A DNA stretch of 64,000 nt from Octopus sinensis (taxonomy: Eukaryota), in the NCBI RefSeq assembly GCF_006345805.1, contig NC_043002.1, positions 15,624,001 to 15,688,000 of the forward strand, read 5' to 3'. Below, piece by piece: positions 13,080-27,346 of the stretch. A program made the position numbers and the translations under genes. Positions within the stretch are counted from its first letter, which is position 1; each line of letters starts with the position of its first letter. Below the pieces are notes generated by a model, which searched no databases, had not been told where the DNA came from, and saw only the letters and a program-made list of their open reading frames with translations.

Positions 13080-13860
13080 TTAAAAATGGGGCTTTACGAG
13101 ACTGGAGCTTGCAGGAAATGTCCGTTCGATCTGTTTACGTGTCCGGGCCTGCCAACGATAGTATGAGCAGTTTTCTTCTGGAGGTTTTTCTCTCAAACAT
13201 TCCCTTCGATGAAGATGACAAATTTCTGTCAAAACTGAGGTTCTTAAAACAGTAGCTGTTGAAACTCCATAACAAAATACCGGAGAATTCGCAGCATATT
13301 TCAATTGGAGTCGCTTATGGTTCCTAAATGTAAGTTCTGAACTAAGAAATGTTTAAAGATGCTTGCTTACTGACTCCCTCATTCGCTAATTTCTACTCCC
13401 CTTCATGAATGTGTTGTCCTCTGCACGTCATTGGCATTGCTACCGAACACGTCAAGTGCAAAATCGTCGAAATTAATGAAAGTGCCTTCTTTATAATCAT
13501 ATTCAATGAAAACGACAACAGTTCGCACCCAATGTGAGAGGCGAATCCATTTGATAAAATTTATTTTCTATATTTGATGGGATATAATGGAAATCGTGTA
13601 AAACCGAAAGAGGTGATGCGGAGAATTGCAATTATCAACTGAAAATTTTCACCAAGGTTTGCAGAAAAAGCGCCCATCATTGACCGTACTTGAATGGCAG
13701 TTGCTGTTACACGATGACCTAAAATCACATATCGCCAAATTCAATCAAGGAAAGATTATACAGATTTTTTTTTTTTTTACATCATCTTTACTCTTCCTGA
13801 CGTGACTATCATCTTCTCATGTGATCGAAACATTGTTAAGAGGTAAAAATAATGAGAAGA
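13080..13860 (+). pseudogene. highly degraded mariner relic
   Basis: VRACQR*YEQFSSGGFSL (cf. RTCQ.WF.KF.SG.FSL) at ~13141, LLLHDD at ~13701 and DYHLL at ~13804. Confidence 0.6.
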
Positions 13861-14875
13861 CAACGTGATTGTTTTATAAATAATAAGGACGAAATACAGC
13901 AAGAAAGGTCATAACAACATTTTCTTCTCTTGAAATACAACAGAAATTCGTCTCCAATCTAATACTTTACATATACCTCGAGACTCGAAACACTTCTTCT
14001 ATATTCACATTTTAAAAATAATTTGTTGTTAAACTTACTTGCATTCTTTATCTATTATTAGTTCGCAATCAAAGGCATTTCAAGAAATCAGAATCCTTCT
14101 TGTACTTTCTTTCATTGTTTCTTCATTTTTCTGTCTTTGTTCTTGTTACCTAAGCTAAACCAAATAATTTCGCTTTGGTGCTTGTGCAATTAAAACCCAG
14201 CAACTCATATGGAATACCCAACTCATTAAAACCCAGCATTTCATTTCGTATACCCAGCTCTCTACAGATACTAACAGAGTGTTCGATGAAATTTATTTGA
14301 TTTAAACAAAGAGCCTTCGCACAGAGTATACCTTTCATAAACTGCTATTTTCGCAAATTTTGTACAGTTATCTAATGCATCATATTTGAACATTTATTCC
14401 CATATTGAAATTATACATGCTTTATAATCCTGATTAAATATTATTTCCTTTCATTCATATTCTTCTAACCTGTCGCCAAGCAATATTAGGCAGCTAAATG
14501 TTACAGCTGTGAAGGAGTCATGGAAGACGACACTAAAATACGAACAGCTCAGATTCTTACTTTGAACACCTTCTAGCAAGACTTCTCTGTTATTAAAAAT
14601 GACAAGTTTTCGCATGTCAAGAACTGCTGATATATTAAACAGTAGAAACAAGATCAAAATCCGAAAGCAATGCCAAAACAATTCCTTGTGCAACTTTATC
14701 TGCTGTAATGGTTGTTGACGGTTGTAGACGTTGTTTTTGTTGCTTTTGTTTCTGATTGCGGGAGTGATTCTGAGAGATGTGATGTAAATAAAGTAATGGT
14801 ATATGCATACACATATATACACACACACATACATACATATATATGTATGTATATATACATGTGTATGTATGTAAG

Positions 14876-14975
<100 letters not shown>

Positions 14976-14977
14976 AT

Positions 14978-15012
<35 letters not shown>

Positions 15013-15071
15013 TTATAAATAATATATAGATATATGCATATATACATACATATATGTACATACCATCATAT

Positions 15072-15119
<48 letters not shown>

Positions 15120-16705
15120 TGATGTATGGGTACGGGGCATCAAAAAGACGTTGAACGCAATGAGAAACGAGAACATAAAAATAAAAACATAGAAACGAAT
15201 ATTTTTTCGGACAACTGTTGGTTTAAATCTACAACGGATTTTTCCGCTGTTCGGAGTTTTGAACTTTCAGTGACTGGCTTTACCCATAGCATTACATCAG
15301 ACCAACAGTGGCAAAAGAAAATGGCTGCATTTTCATTCAAGTGTTTCGACATGTAAGCACACGATTCTGCGCTCGATTTCATTCCCTCTTCCTGAAACCG
15401 AATGTTCTCTCATAGACCTGGTTCAACCAAAACTTTACTATATTCCTCAGAAGAAAACTTAGGCTATGATTCAGGATAACACTGTCGTGCGTGAATATGA
15501 AACGATTTGTTGGTATTTATATTCTCTTAAATTCCTGTTGGTATGTGGTCCCCGGTTTGAAATCCCAATCTCAAAAGTCGCGGTTGCATATCTTAGATTT
15601 AATCCATAAAACAAGTGACTTTATTTTTTAAAATGTATACGATTCAGTATTTAGTTTACATTCGACCAGATGTTTATCAGATCTACTAATCGCTGCGTAT
15701 GCAAGCGGGAATGTTATTCAGTGAAATCGTAAGTAACAGTGTAGAAATATAAAAAAAATCGATTTGTACAATTGTACTATAATGTGTAGAAGAATAAGTT
15801 ACATCTAGCGGTTTCATATTTCAGGTTAGATCGTTTTTATCCAAATTTCGTTCCCAGTATTGTAAAGTTATTAAAATATGGTTAATGGACGTTGTAATAC
15901 ATAGGCCACACATATAGCCTTATTTGATAAGGAAAAAAGAAAGGCTTCTGAATATAACATATTTATTGGTACACATTTATTCCAAGAAAATATTGAGAAA
16001 TTGTAATCGTTTTGACTGTAGATATCTTGAAGATTATAAGAATCAAAGCAATATATATGAAGTATATTCTGCTTGTGAAGAGCAAATCTCATTTTATGGG
16101 AGAAATTAAGACTTAATACTTCACAATGTTACACAATAACATCAATTGCATAATATTTGCAGTATATTTTTGACATTGTACGAATTATACAATGTGGAGA
16201 CTATAGAAATCATAAAGATTCACGACAATTTAGTTATAAAACAAACGCATTGACTTTTCTAAGTTTGATATGAACATTACATCCCGTACGCAGCTGAGAA
16301 TGATAACCTGCCAGACAGATGCTTATATTTTATTCATTGAGTACTTATCACAAGTGATAAGTCATCTACATCCTTCCTGTGAGACTCTCCGATTTGTTTT
16401 CATAAGTATTATTATATTATATTCATAGCAGAATTTTGCAAGGAAAACAATTGACATAATATTAAACTATCAACTGATGTCCTTCAAATTTCATAACATT
16501 TTATTCGAGTTCGTTTTATCACAGTTGAACATACATATCGCAGTAACATTATTGCAAACTTGTCGCTATATTTTCTTGTTATAACAGATTTATTATCAAA
16601 TATCTACATTGATATCACACGATGCTAGTGAAATAATTTGGATGTCACATTTAGAATTAATCGCATGTCTACAACGATAATTACCTCGCCACAATACGTA
16701 CATAC

Positions 16706-17889
16706 TGTTACGGTTGGCTAGGTGCATTTCTGGTGACCCACATAGGAATAATGGCACCATGATGTCTGGTGAAAATGTGACAGTCTTTTGTCTAATGGAG
16801 GACTAATGGGTTTTGGAATGACCTGTGACCTCGTGCGGCTGAGAAGAGGGTCAGGAGAATGTGAGAGAGGAAGACAGATTAAGGGCTGAGAGCAAATAGA
16901 GATAGAGTGTAAGAGAAAAGGGACAGATAGAGAGGAAGAGTCTGGCAGGCGATAGCGATAGAGTAAGAGCAGAGGGCAAATAGAAAGGCTAAGAGACAGC
17001 AGGCGATATAGATAGGGTATAAGGACCAGGGCAGTTAGAAAGGGTAAGAGCGATATAGACAGAGGGAGAAGAGGGGAGTGGAAGAAGGACAGAGACGAAG
17101 TGAGGTCTGGTAGTTCGCAGTTGGTCGTCAAGAAGGGCAGTCGTTGAGCGGTCGTCGAAGAACACAGACGGATCTTGCGGTCGCTGGCCGGTCCTCGAAG
17201 AAGACAGACGGACCTTGGATTTAAGGAGCAAGCGTTGGAATTCCTGGGAGCGAGCTGGGATGCGAGGAGGCCTGGGAGCGAGCGATTGGAATATGCACAG
17301 AGGGGAATTAGCAGAGTATTCAGAGGATTTAGCAGTATTGGGAGGAATGGGACACTGGCAGATTCAATTGGGAATTGAGGTATGTGTTGTGCATTGATAT
17401 GTGTCACGGTGTATTGAACAGTGAAGAGAACAGTCAGAGACTCTGTCGATGTGTCGATTATCGAGTTGTGGTATTGATGTTCAGAAAGAGACTTTAAGAG
17501 AACTGTTGTCTTGGGACGTGTACTCTTGAATTGTTACATGATGTTGTATTATGCTTTGAATTGTAATCTTGAAATGCTGTTGTTAAATGTTTGATCTGTT
17601 GTATGATGCATTGAGTAGTCACGTGCATGTCTTCCTTTAAATGTCTGCCTTAAATGTATTTGATGTGTAGCAATTGATTGTCATAAAAACTGTTGTTAAA
17701 TATAAGCCAGTGTTGCCAGTTGTTGCCTTGCCTCTTTGGGTTGTGTCTCGGGTTGTGCCTCTGTATCTCTGTGCTGTTGAGGTTGTGGCAGTATCTATCT
17801 GTATCTCCTCTCTCCGCCTCTTTGGGTTCCGTGGCGGAACTTGTGTGAGCCGTTCGGGACGGGCGACGACGGGTGATTCCGCCGTAACA
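16706..17889. mobile_element. solo LTR (probably Ty3/Gypsy)
   Basis: Termini TGTTACGG...CCGTAACA (8-bp inverted, TG..CA) with 4-bp TSD atac at 16702-16705 and 17890-17893; GC-richer than the flanks; no retroelement ORF. Confidence 0.85.
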
Positions 17890-18041
17890 ATACGTTCACG
17901 AAAGTAATAGTGTTAAAATTACTGCATACGTTTTTCCCCGCAAACAAGAAGAACAGGTACAAAAACAGACACATACACACTATGAAAGAGATACTTATTC
18001 ATTTCCATGCATCTATCTATTTATGTATGTACGTATGTATG

Positions 18042-18105
<64 letters not shown>

Positions 18106-18192
18106 AATATGTATATATATCCAAAATAGGCAACAATTATTTCCAAGGTAGAGTGGTACAATTGCTTCATGCTACTTCATTTTATTAAACTA

Positions 18193-18584
18193 TTAGCAGT
18201 ATCGCCCGGCGTTGCTCGGGTTTATAAGGGAAATAACTATATAAGCATTTTTAGAGAGTTATAGCCAAAAAATAGCAAAAAAATGCATTAAAAACGGAAA
18301 AAAATGATGGTAAATTTTTTTTAAATCGTTGACTCATCGTAGACATTTTTAGAGAGTTACTTCCCATATATTAAAAAAATGCATTAAAATGGAAAAAAAT
18401 GATGGTAAATTATTTTAAAAATCGTAGACTCATCGTAGACGCGCGCTAATACCCAGAAGGGCTCGATATGAATCACGACTATAAGATACCCGGTTTTGGG
18501 TTAAACTGCATCGCAAAATGTGGGAGTAGTTAGGAATCTAAATCGGAGTAGACAGACACACAACCTTTCTTTTATATATAAAGA
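18193..18584 (-). mobile_element. non-autonomous Helitron, family 1 (second copy)
   Basis: Highly similar to 9354-9751; 5' TC, 3' hairpin, CTAG mutated to CTAA. Confidence 0.85.
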
Positions 18585-18763
18585 TGTAAGTGTTACATCA
18601 GTTTTAATTGAACTGATGAAACAATTGTACTACTCTATATTGGGTATACTTGTTGCTTAATTTGATTATAACCACCCCATTAGATTTCTATGGATAATAC
18701 AATACAAAATTCTGGTGCCTTTGATTTAAGTACCATATTCCTCTGAAGCTAAATTTTGCTGAA

Positions 18764-18802
<39 letters not shown>

Positions 18803-19225
18803 ATAGATAAAGAGATAGTTAGATAAATAGACAAGTGTGTACGAGTATGTGTCATGTATCTTATTGTTTCTCTCTCTCTCTCGCTCTCTTTCTCCCGCCG
18901 TTATATATATGCTTCTGAGTGTTCAAATATGTGTGCTACCAAATTTAGAACAACAGTTGAAATTGTTGTTGTGTAAGCGTCTTTCTTAAAAGAACAGCTG
19001 ATGATGGATTCTCGTTGAGTCAGCAGGTGTCGCATAAAGTAGACGAAAGGCAAACAATTAGTGAAGGCGGAACAAGGACGTTTTATTTAATTTAAATTCA
19101 ATCTAAAATAATTAGCTACATAAGGAATGCTAAAAATAGCTGAGGATTTCGAAAACAAACAAATAATGCAATGGAATAATTATTGCTAAAAATAACTGTT
19201 TGACAAAAGAGATCCGGTGATAGTC

Positions 19226-19410
19226 ACATCATCATCATCATTGTTCGACCGTGGTCAAGACAATGGAATTTTCCATGCTACGCCATACTTCACTGTCCAT
19301 CATGGCATTACGGAGGTCCTGTTGCTGGATGCCTGTATCCCTGGGGATTACATCAGGGTAGGAGAGTGTGCGCCCTCTGGTATTGCGAGTAGATGGCTTC
19401 CAGATACTCG
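19226..19410 (-). mobile_element. RTE-clade LINE 3' end
   Basis: WKPSTRNTRGRTLSYPDVIPRDTG...LRNAMMDSEVWR* followed by a (TGA)n tail, typical of RTE C-termini. Confidence 0.8.
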
Positions 19411-19411
19411 C

Positions 19412-19480
19412 AGAAGAATGGCGTTGTGAAGGCATAGAAGAAGGGCGTTGTGAAGGCACAGAAGAAGGGCGTTGTGAAGG
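19412..19480. repeat. ~23-bp tandem repeat, 3 copies
   Basis: agaagaa(t/g)ggcgttgtgaaggca repeated. Confidence 0.9.
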
Positions 19481-20925
19481 GGTAAGTTTGATTAAAAGTT
19501 TTAAAAAATGAAATATTTTGGGGCGAATAACAATATTTTGTGAGTATAGATATCACTGGTGGTGTACGTATTTGTAAAATAAGGATGTAGATAATTTGTA
19601 AAATAAGGATATAGAGAATATACAGTAGTTCTCTATAGATAGAGAGAAATAAGGATATAGAAGATATACAGTAGTACACAGTTTTTATGGGTAGTGAATG
19701 TAAGAAGCATTGACACCTTGAAGTTACAGAAGGTGAAATCTATTCGATGAATGTGACGCCGATGTAAAATATATCTGCTAAAGTTAAAAGTTATTAGATA
19801 TTTATTGTGAGATTATGTTTGCTGACGCCAAGTATGACAGTATTTGCGTTTACGAAATGATTCCGAGTTTTTTTTTTTTTTAATTAGCGTATTTAAGCAC
19901 AATTTAACCACTGTGCAGATATTGCTGACATTTTAAACATTTCTAACATTACATACTTAAATTTCCAAAGTTTTAATCTTGTATAAAATTGAAAATGTAT
20001 TATTGAATCCTCCTCATTCTTCCTCATTTCTTATTGTTCTTCTTTCCATTTTCTTCTGATTATTATTATTAGTAGTAGTATTAGTATCATCAATACTTTT
20101 TCAGTGATATGCGTTTATTCACTTAGTGTTAGGTATGTAATGAGACTTTGTCATCAGTAAAATAGAAATTTGCTGTACAGGGCTCATTAGACGATTCGTC
20201 TTGAGAGACAATCAAAATACAAAAAGGAAACAAAAATTTCTATTTACAATTTGTAACACGGCAATTCTGGCTGATCCGGTTATTAGTAAGCTATTGCAAT
20301 CATTTCATGACAGACAGAAAACAGATAAGAAACAAAAGAAAGAAAGAAAAGCAATATACAAAAGAGACTTGCTCACAGAACTAATCACTGAAAAAGAGAC
20401 AGAAGATAATAACTAGTTTAGCTTTTACATTGTCTGGTGTTCTCTTAGTGTGCGTAGCAGAAACGCAGACATCTCAGTAATTAGAAGCAAAAATCAAATT
20501 TAATAGAACTACTGTAGATATAGTTCAACCGATCAGAGAAGACTGAAATATTTATTGACTTCACGTAGTTGAGTTTCAGAATATTTGATGTAGCCTTTCA
20601 TTAGTCTAGATTGAATAATATAATAACTGGCACACGCTGGAAAAGTACTTGCATTACAAGTCAAGATAATAAGAACTGTCAGTTGTACCAACAGCTGTTC
20701 TTTTTCTTTTCAGACGTTATATGAAGAAAAAAGAAAGACAAGTAAAACGAAAACATATCAATCTTTTAATCATGTTTTCTCATTAACAAATCGATTGCAT
20801 TATTAGAAAGAAAGGAGATCTATCATCATTTACTAGGTTAAGCAGTCCCAATGACACTGAAACTCATTCTAGTGACTCAGAAGATTGTTCAGGTTACTAC
20901 TTCATTGGCTGCATTTGATTATATA

Positions 20926-21154
20926 TTTCTTTATTGCCCACAAGGGGCTAAACATAGAGGGGACAAACAAGGAGAGACAAACGGATTAAGTCGATTATAC
21001 CGACCCCAGTGCGTAACTGGTACTTAATTTATCAACCCCGAAAGAATGAAAGTCAAAGTCGACCTCGGCGGAATTTGAACTCAGAACGTGACTGCAGACG
21101 AAATATGGCTACGCGTTTCGCCAGGCGTGCTAACGTTTCTGCCAGCTCGCCGCC
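20926..21154 (-). mobile_element. SINE family D
   Basis: Collinear with 7144-7359. Confidence 0.88.
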
Positions 21155-22236
21155 TTGCTGTATTTGCTTATACCCACAGCTTGCTGCCAGTTTGACACTT
21201 TGCACAGATATTCAACTACAAAAATGAATTAAATTCAAGTGTAGACATTTCAAAGTGATAACATTAAACAGCTATTGCGTTAAGAAGACTTTTATTTGCA
21301 AAATTTCCCTAAATTTTGAAACACCATATTCATAGGACAATTGGTCATATTCTTTCTTTTCGAAAATGTGGGCTGTGTACAATTAATCCTATAACTTAAT
21401 TAGTATTCTTTGCAAAAATTAGGAGAAAGTGTCTGTGACAGCGCATTTTGCAAGCCCTTCGAGACTCTGGTGATATGTGCACTTCATTGTCGTATACACT
21501 TGCACAGTAACGGCACTAGAAACAATGGAAGATTTGTAAATGATGATGGGAGAGAATTCTGAAGAGTTGTTAGTGTGTAGCGTGCAAGGTGGAGAGATGA
21601 GAATATCAAATAGGTCTGAGTATGGGAACTACAATTTTATGTTGCTTCTTAAAGTAGAAGCTAATTTGATTATTCTGGAAGATGTAGAGATATACGAAAC
21701 CACCTTTTTAGAACAGGGAAGTATATTGTGCCAAGTAATTAATTTATTCTGCCAAAAATTGATTCTTGGATACGTAACTCAGCATTATGTAGATGCAAAA
21801 CATCAAGATAGAAAATAGGGAAACTATATTCACGTATGAAGGTATCCAACAGAAATGGAGGTATAGACTATTTATGCTGCTTTCATATCATGAATTGTAG
21901 TTTGATATGTAAGTATATACTCACGTTAGAAACTAAATAAAGACATTTACTGAATTTCAATTACTAAATAAATTTGATTTTATTAAATGATGGAAACATA
22001 TCCAGCTACTTCTTAGACCTCTTCATCGAAGGATATAATTCTCCATAGCTACCAAAAATATTCATAAACGTAACACACTTTTATAGATAATTGTAAATGA
22101 GCAGACGGCACAAGACTAGGCATACTAAAGAAATGTTAGCATTGTATAATACATATAGGGTCAGGGTAGGAAATCCATAATTTAAATACATGTAGCTAAT
22201 CTAGAAACTTCCTATGTTTATATATATATATGTATG

Positions 22237-22280
<44 letters not shown>

Positions 22281-22318
22281 TATATAATATATATATATAT
22301 ATATGTATATACATACAT

Positions 22319-22371
<53 letters not shown>

Positions 22372-23501
22372 CGTGTGTGTATGTATGTATGTATGTATAT
22401 ATATAATACACGTATTTATCTTCAGCGAGTAACTTTCTATCTGAATGCCTCTCTTACGGTCTCGAATAAGCCTCCAATATATTCCAACTTTTAAGCTTTT
22501 AAGATTACATATATGTATAAATACATATATATATATAGAAAATTACTCGCTGCAGATGAATACGTGTACACACTTCAAATCGGTTTCTAGTAGTTCGTAA
22601 CAAGACTAATGGCTGCATGCATTTCGGAGTCGTTGTCTCCATTTCATCATCAGATATATGCATGTATATTTATATATATATACATAATGCATAATACATA
22701 TGTATGTATCTGTGTGGGGGTCGGTGCAGAAACATATGCATACCTGTATATGTACATACCGACCCAACACACGCACATACCTATATATATATGCATATAT
22801 GCAATACGTATTCAAATTATTTTATCATATTTAAATTATACATTTTGAAAATCATAGATGGTTAATAATCATGAAATTTGTTGCTGTTTATGCATATACA
22901 AATACGTTCATCTTTGTGCGTATGTGTGTACATGTACACATACACACACACCCACATACACACATACACACACACACACACATCGCCCTCCTTATCCCTC
23001 TCTATTTCTCTCTATCTATATATCTACAAACGAAGATTTGAAAGTACGGCGGTTAGGAATACAAAAATGGTATTCAAAGGGGAATTTATATAGTGTATAT
23101 TGTATCCGTTTTAGAAACATTAAACTGAAAGCTTTCACATAAACAATATGCGACAATCACTATTGACTTCTGGTGTTTTATTGTGCAAACAACAATCAGA
23201 GACAAACAGACACAGAAAATCTGGATTATTTTAAATGTCATAAATCTATATGAGATCTAATCTTGAATGAAGCCTGACAATATTATTGGTATAATAATTG
23301 TAAGATTTCATAAGCTAACACATCATTTTATGTATTAATGTCAATTATCGTAAAGCTACATCATCTAATTATTATAGTTTATGTGTGCGTTAATATATGG
23401 ATGTGTGTATAAGCGTGTGTTTCTATAAGTATGGTTTCTATATATGTATATATATATATATATACATACATACATACATATACATAAACTTATATATATA
23501 T

Positions 23502-23532
<31 letters not shown>

Positions 23533-23605
23533 TTACGTACATATATGTTATATTACTATATATGTATATATACGTGTATATACATAAATACGCAAACGTA
23601 CGTAA

Positions 23606-23664
<59 letters not shown>

Positions 23665-24687
23665 TATGAATATACACACACATATACCTACTTACATACA
23701 CACTCGCACAGGCACACATACACACACACACACATATATATATATGCCTACAAAGAGACGGAGTGACAGAGAGACTAATAGTGTAGAGAGAGGCTGTATT
23801 TTTATGAGATATAAACCTGTGTGTGGGTGATCTTTGACATTAATTGCTTTCAAATTTATTTCTGACGTCATTCATTATATAATTCTGTATAATTCCGGTG
23901 TGATACTTTCATATCTTCTTGTGCAAGTAATGCAATGTTCATGCTTTGTTTATGAGGTCACAATCTGGACAAATCTTTCCATTGTACTATCCCATAAATG
24001 TCGAAAAGCCTAAAATATTATATTCTTCATATATTTTCGTTTTTAATTCTTTTACAATGTAAATATTTATTGTCAAAAAGTTACCTCACAATCACTAAAA
24101 CTTTCTATAATGTTGAGGTTAAGGAGTGGTCAAAATTGAGTTCATATATGTATATTTTAGGGGTATTATGCTAACAATAGCTTCCCGCTAGTTTTACTGG
24201 CTTGTTTTAAAATCGAAAGGCAGAAACGTATACCGCACTAAAGTGACGGAGAGCATTAGTCAGTACCAGTGTTGCTAGAAATGAGAGTTAAAACAAGACA
24301 GCCAATAGAAACATTTATCTCGTGGTTATGGGCTATTTTAACTTTTTCTTCAAGCAATACTCTCTGATTGGAATGACCGATTTTATATATTATTGGAAGT
24401 TAAATTCCAGGTACAGGAAACATATATGTATACCATTCTGCTTAAATAATGGAAATGCAGATGCAATATCCTGACGTATCTCACGGATGTTTTCATTCCT
24501 CCACTTCAGACTGTATTTCATATCTTCTCTATAATAACTATTGCTTAACCCTTTTCTCACACGGCCTCCGATGAATTGATATATAAAATATCCCGGAAAC
24601 AGTTGAAAGACCTCTTTTTAAATGTTCTGAAATCTTTCATCGCCTTGGAGATTTTTATCTCATTCTCTTAATTACACACACACACAC

Positions 24688-24743
<56 letters not shown>

Positions 24744-25327
24744 TTGACATGGGTGATTCTTTCTTGTCTTGGGATTCACGGTCAAACGGCTGGGTAATAT
24801 TGCGCTTAAATGTACACTGATGTGTAAAATGATTCAGTGGTGATGCTGGACTTTGCATTTTTTCATACTTCCCATTGTTGCCAAGATAATCTACTATAAT
24901 AATACACCTGTTTTTTTTATAAATAAGAAAGGAAAGGGTGATAGATGAGTAAGGAGAAAATGGATACTGCCATACATGGTAGTGTACACTGAAAGAATAA
25001 ATCAAACAGCGTTTCAACTCTGTTAATATATGCGTGTGTACGTAAAAGAGGAGTATGTGAATGTGTGTGTTTGTGTGTGCGTGCACCCGCAATGAAGTGG
25101 GGATGGTTCATATTTGTTCGCCTAGTATTTGGGTTTATTTTTTGATTTGGTTGAATCTTGGTTGTATTGTTTTTGATCACAGTTATTTTTAGCGTTTTGA
25201 CCGCCCAAAATTCATTCCAAAATGGTTTGTTAACGTAAGCATGCCCAAACATGTCGAATGCTTACACAGAGCAGGTTTTATAGCCACATCATGCAAACTA
25301 AACAGTAGAAACCGTGCTTAGCTGCTT

Positions 25328-25370
<43 letters not shown>

Positions 25371-25576
25371 TTGAAATGGATAAATGAATTATCTTGTTAC
25401 GGATTATTCAAAAGATAACCGATACCTGGGTAGCAAAAATCACAACAGAAAAATCACGGTTGAGGTTACGACCATGGGGTCTCAAACCCGTGCCTTAGTG
25501 CGGAAATTTGAAGTTTATATATTTAGTGTAGGAAGAAATGGAGCTGAACGAAGATTTAACAAAATTCCTTTTAATT

Positions 25577-25662
25577 ATTTTCTACATATGTTTCAAAGGC
25601 TGCAAAGTCCCCAATTCGGATTGAATAAGGAGACCATTTTGCAGCCTTCTCTTCAGGAAAAT
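25577..25662 (-). ncRNA. type I hammerhead ribozyme motif
   Basis: attttc-CUGAAGA-12-bp stem II (gaaggctgcaaa/tttgcagccttt)-GAAA-C-auau-GUA-gaaaat. Confidence 0.88.
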
Positions 25663-26251
25663 CCAGGAACTAAATTCTCCAAACAAAATGCACATCAAAC
25701 TTTTCGACACACGCTCGCGAGGAGCCCATGGGATAAATGGCACAAAACTGTCTCTCAATATGCGTTGACGCCAGGCTGGGTGAACGCCGACGAAAAAGTC
25801 CGTTGAGATAAACCAAGGTCAAAATCCGGCTAACAGGGGGGAGGGTTACAGGAAAATCAAAGATTGAGAATGTATTCTGTATGACTGGTGTTAATATTCG
25901 AATTGTTTTAAGAATGAGTGCTATAGTGTTTGGGTGTGAGAAATTGCCTACATGTATGTGTGTGTGCGCCTATGTATGCGTGGCAGTGTGTTTAGAAGGC
26001 TGCAAGGGAGGGAGATATATATAGCAGCTATTAATGGTCAAGCGGCTGAAAAAAACTGTGTCTATGTGTTCGTCTGTAAACAGTTGGTAGAGGGATGGAA
26101 TGTCAAGAATGGGACGATACAGTGACATCCCTGAAAGCAGTTCTAGATAACTAGCAGTTCTTACGCTAATAGGGGAGTGATTTCCCCTTACAAATTTAAT
26201 TCAGAATTTTTTTCTTTTCTTAGGAAATCAATGGGTTAACTATCTTAGACT

Positions 26252-27184
26252 TCATTGGAATGCAAGAAATGTGTGCCGCCTCCAGTGCGGGCATCTAAAA
26301 GAATTTTGCACAATCGAGTTAACAAGTTGCCCTCGGGCGAACAGAATATGAAATAGTTCCGAGTTGCAAAGATTACATATTCTTTTGCCTCTATCAAACG
26401 GTAAAGACACCGATAAAATCGACCATTCCAGTCTAAAGGTTGAATTCGCGTTCTTCAAACGCCAGACTAATTTACTTAGTCCAGTAGCTTGTTGCTTTCC
26501 AAAATCGCGAAACGTTGAGAAATGATTCGATATTCTAACAGCCAATTTAGATGATGAAGCTCCGATATACATGTAGACATCTGAATCAGTATAAACTGTG
26601 CACTGGTAAATGGCGTTTCTAATCTTGGAATTACTAGATAAGAACCTTATTCTATTGGGGTTGGCTTCCGATATTAATACGGCGTTCTTATTACTATGAT
26701 GATTGTAAAAACTACGGCTGTCTTCGACATTATTAACCCCAATATCATTACTATTTAATGCAATATCGCCTGTATACTCCCTGCCACTGAGAACGCTGTG
26801 ATTGCTAATGTCCGTGATACTACTGTTGTTAAAACCGCTGCTAATATTGTTGTTGGGACTCCCTACATTAATGACTCGATCAGTGCTCTTATCATTATTA
26901 CCATTACTTACGTTAAAGACGCTACCATTGCTCTTATCCTTATTACTATTACTAACTCGAAGGCTGGCATGGAGGTTGCTAATATCTGTGCCAGTTCTAT
27001 TATTATTATCATTACTGCGTGTTATGCTGGCATTAGACGGAGCTGAATCTCCGTTCGTGGGTGAGAGGGTCTTATTTAGCATCTTATTGTTATGGGAGGA
27101 AATTATCTGTGAAAGATTTTTAGTATTGGAGAAGGCTATCCTAACTTTGTGCGAGTTTACAGTGGAGTAATGTTCGATGTGCAT
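26252..27184 (-). CDS. PLE ORF C-terminal part: linker plus GIY-YIG endonuclease (310 aa, RT missing)
   Basis: AIYQCTV...YMYIGAS...RISNH..TF...TGLSKLVWRLK...W.IL...CNLCNSE...LVN...CPH; upstream FSNTKNLSQIISSHNNKML thumb/linker motif. Confidence 0.85.
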   Translation of the reverse strand: MHIEHYSTVNSHKVRIAFSNTKNLSQIISSHNNKMLNKTLSPTNGDSAPSNASITRSNDNNNRTGTDISNLHASLRVSNSNKDKSNGSVFNVSNGNNDKSTDRVINVGSPNNNISSGFNNSSITDISNHSVLSGREYTGDIALNSNDIGVNNVEDSRSFYNHHSNKNAVLISEANPNRIRFLSSNSKIRNAIYQCTVYTDSDVYMYIGASSSKLAVRISNHFSTFRDFGKQQATGLSKLVWRLKNANSTFRLEWSILSVSLPFDRGKRICNLCNSELFHILFARGQLVNSIVQNSFRCPHWRRHTFLAFQ

Positions 27185-27209
27185 TTTGTTTGGAGAATTA
27201 AGTTCCTGG

Positions 27210-27295
27210 ATTTTCCTGAAGAGAAGGCTGCAAAATGGTCTCCTTATTTAATCCAAATTAGGGACTTTGCAGCCTTTGAAACATATGTAGAAAAT
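27210..27295 (+). ncRNA. type I hammerhead ribozyme motif (inverted pLTR copy)
   Basis: CTGAAGA at 27216-27222, GAAA at 27278-27281, palindromic ACATATGT stem III, predicted cleavage after A27289, stem I attttc/gaaaat. Confidence 0.88.
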
Positions 27296-27346
27296 AATTA
27301 AAAGGAATTTTGTTAAATCTTCGTTCAGCTCCATTTCTTCCTACAC

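Noticed and set aside
16718-17407. 229-aa Leu/Ser/Pro-rich ORF
   Set aside because: It lies inside the solo LTR on a pyrimidine-rich strand and has no domain motifs.
19412-19480. CRISPR-like short repeats
   Set aside because: Head-to-tail units without unique spacers, in a eukaryotic context with no cas genes.
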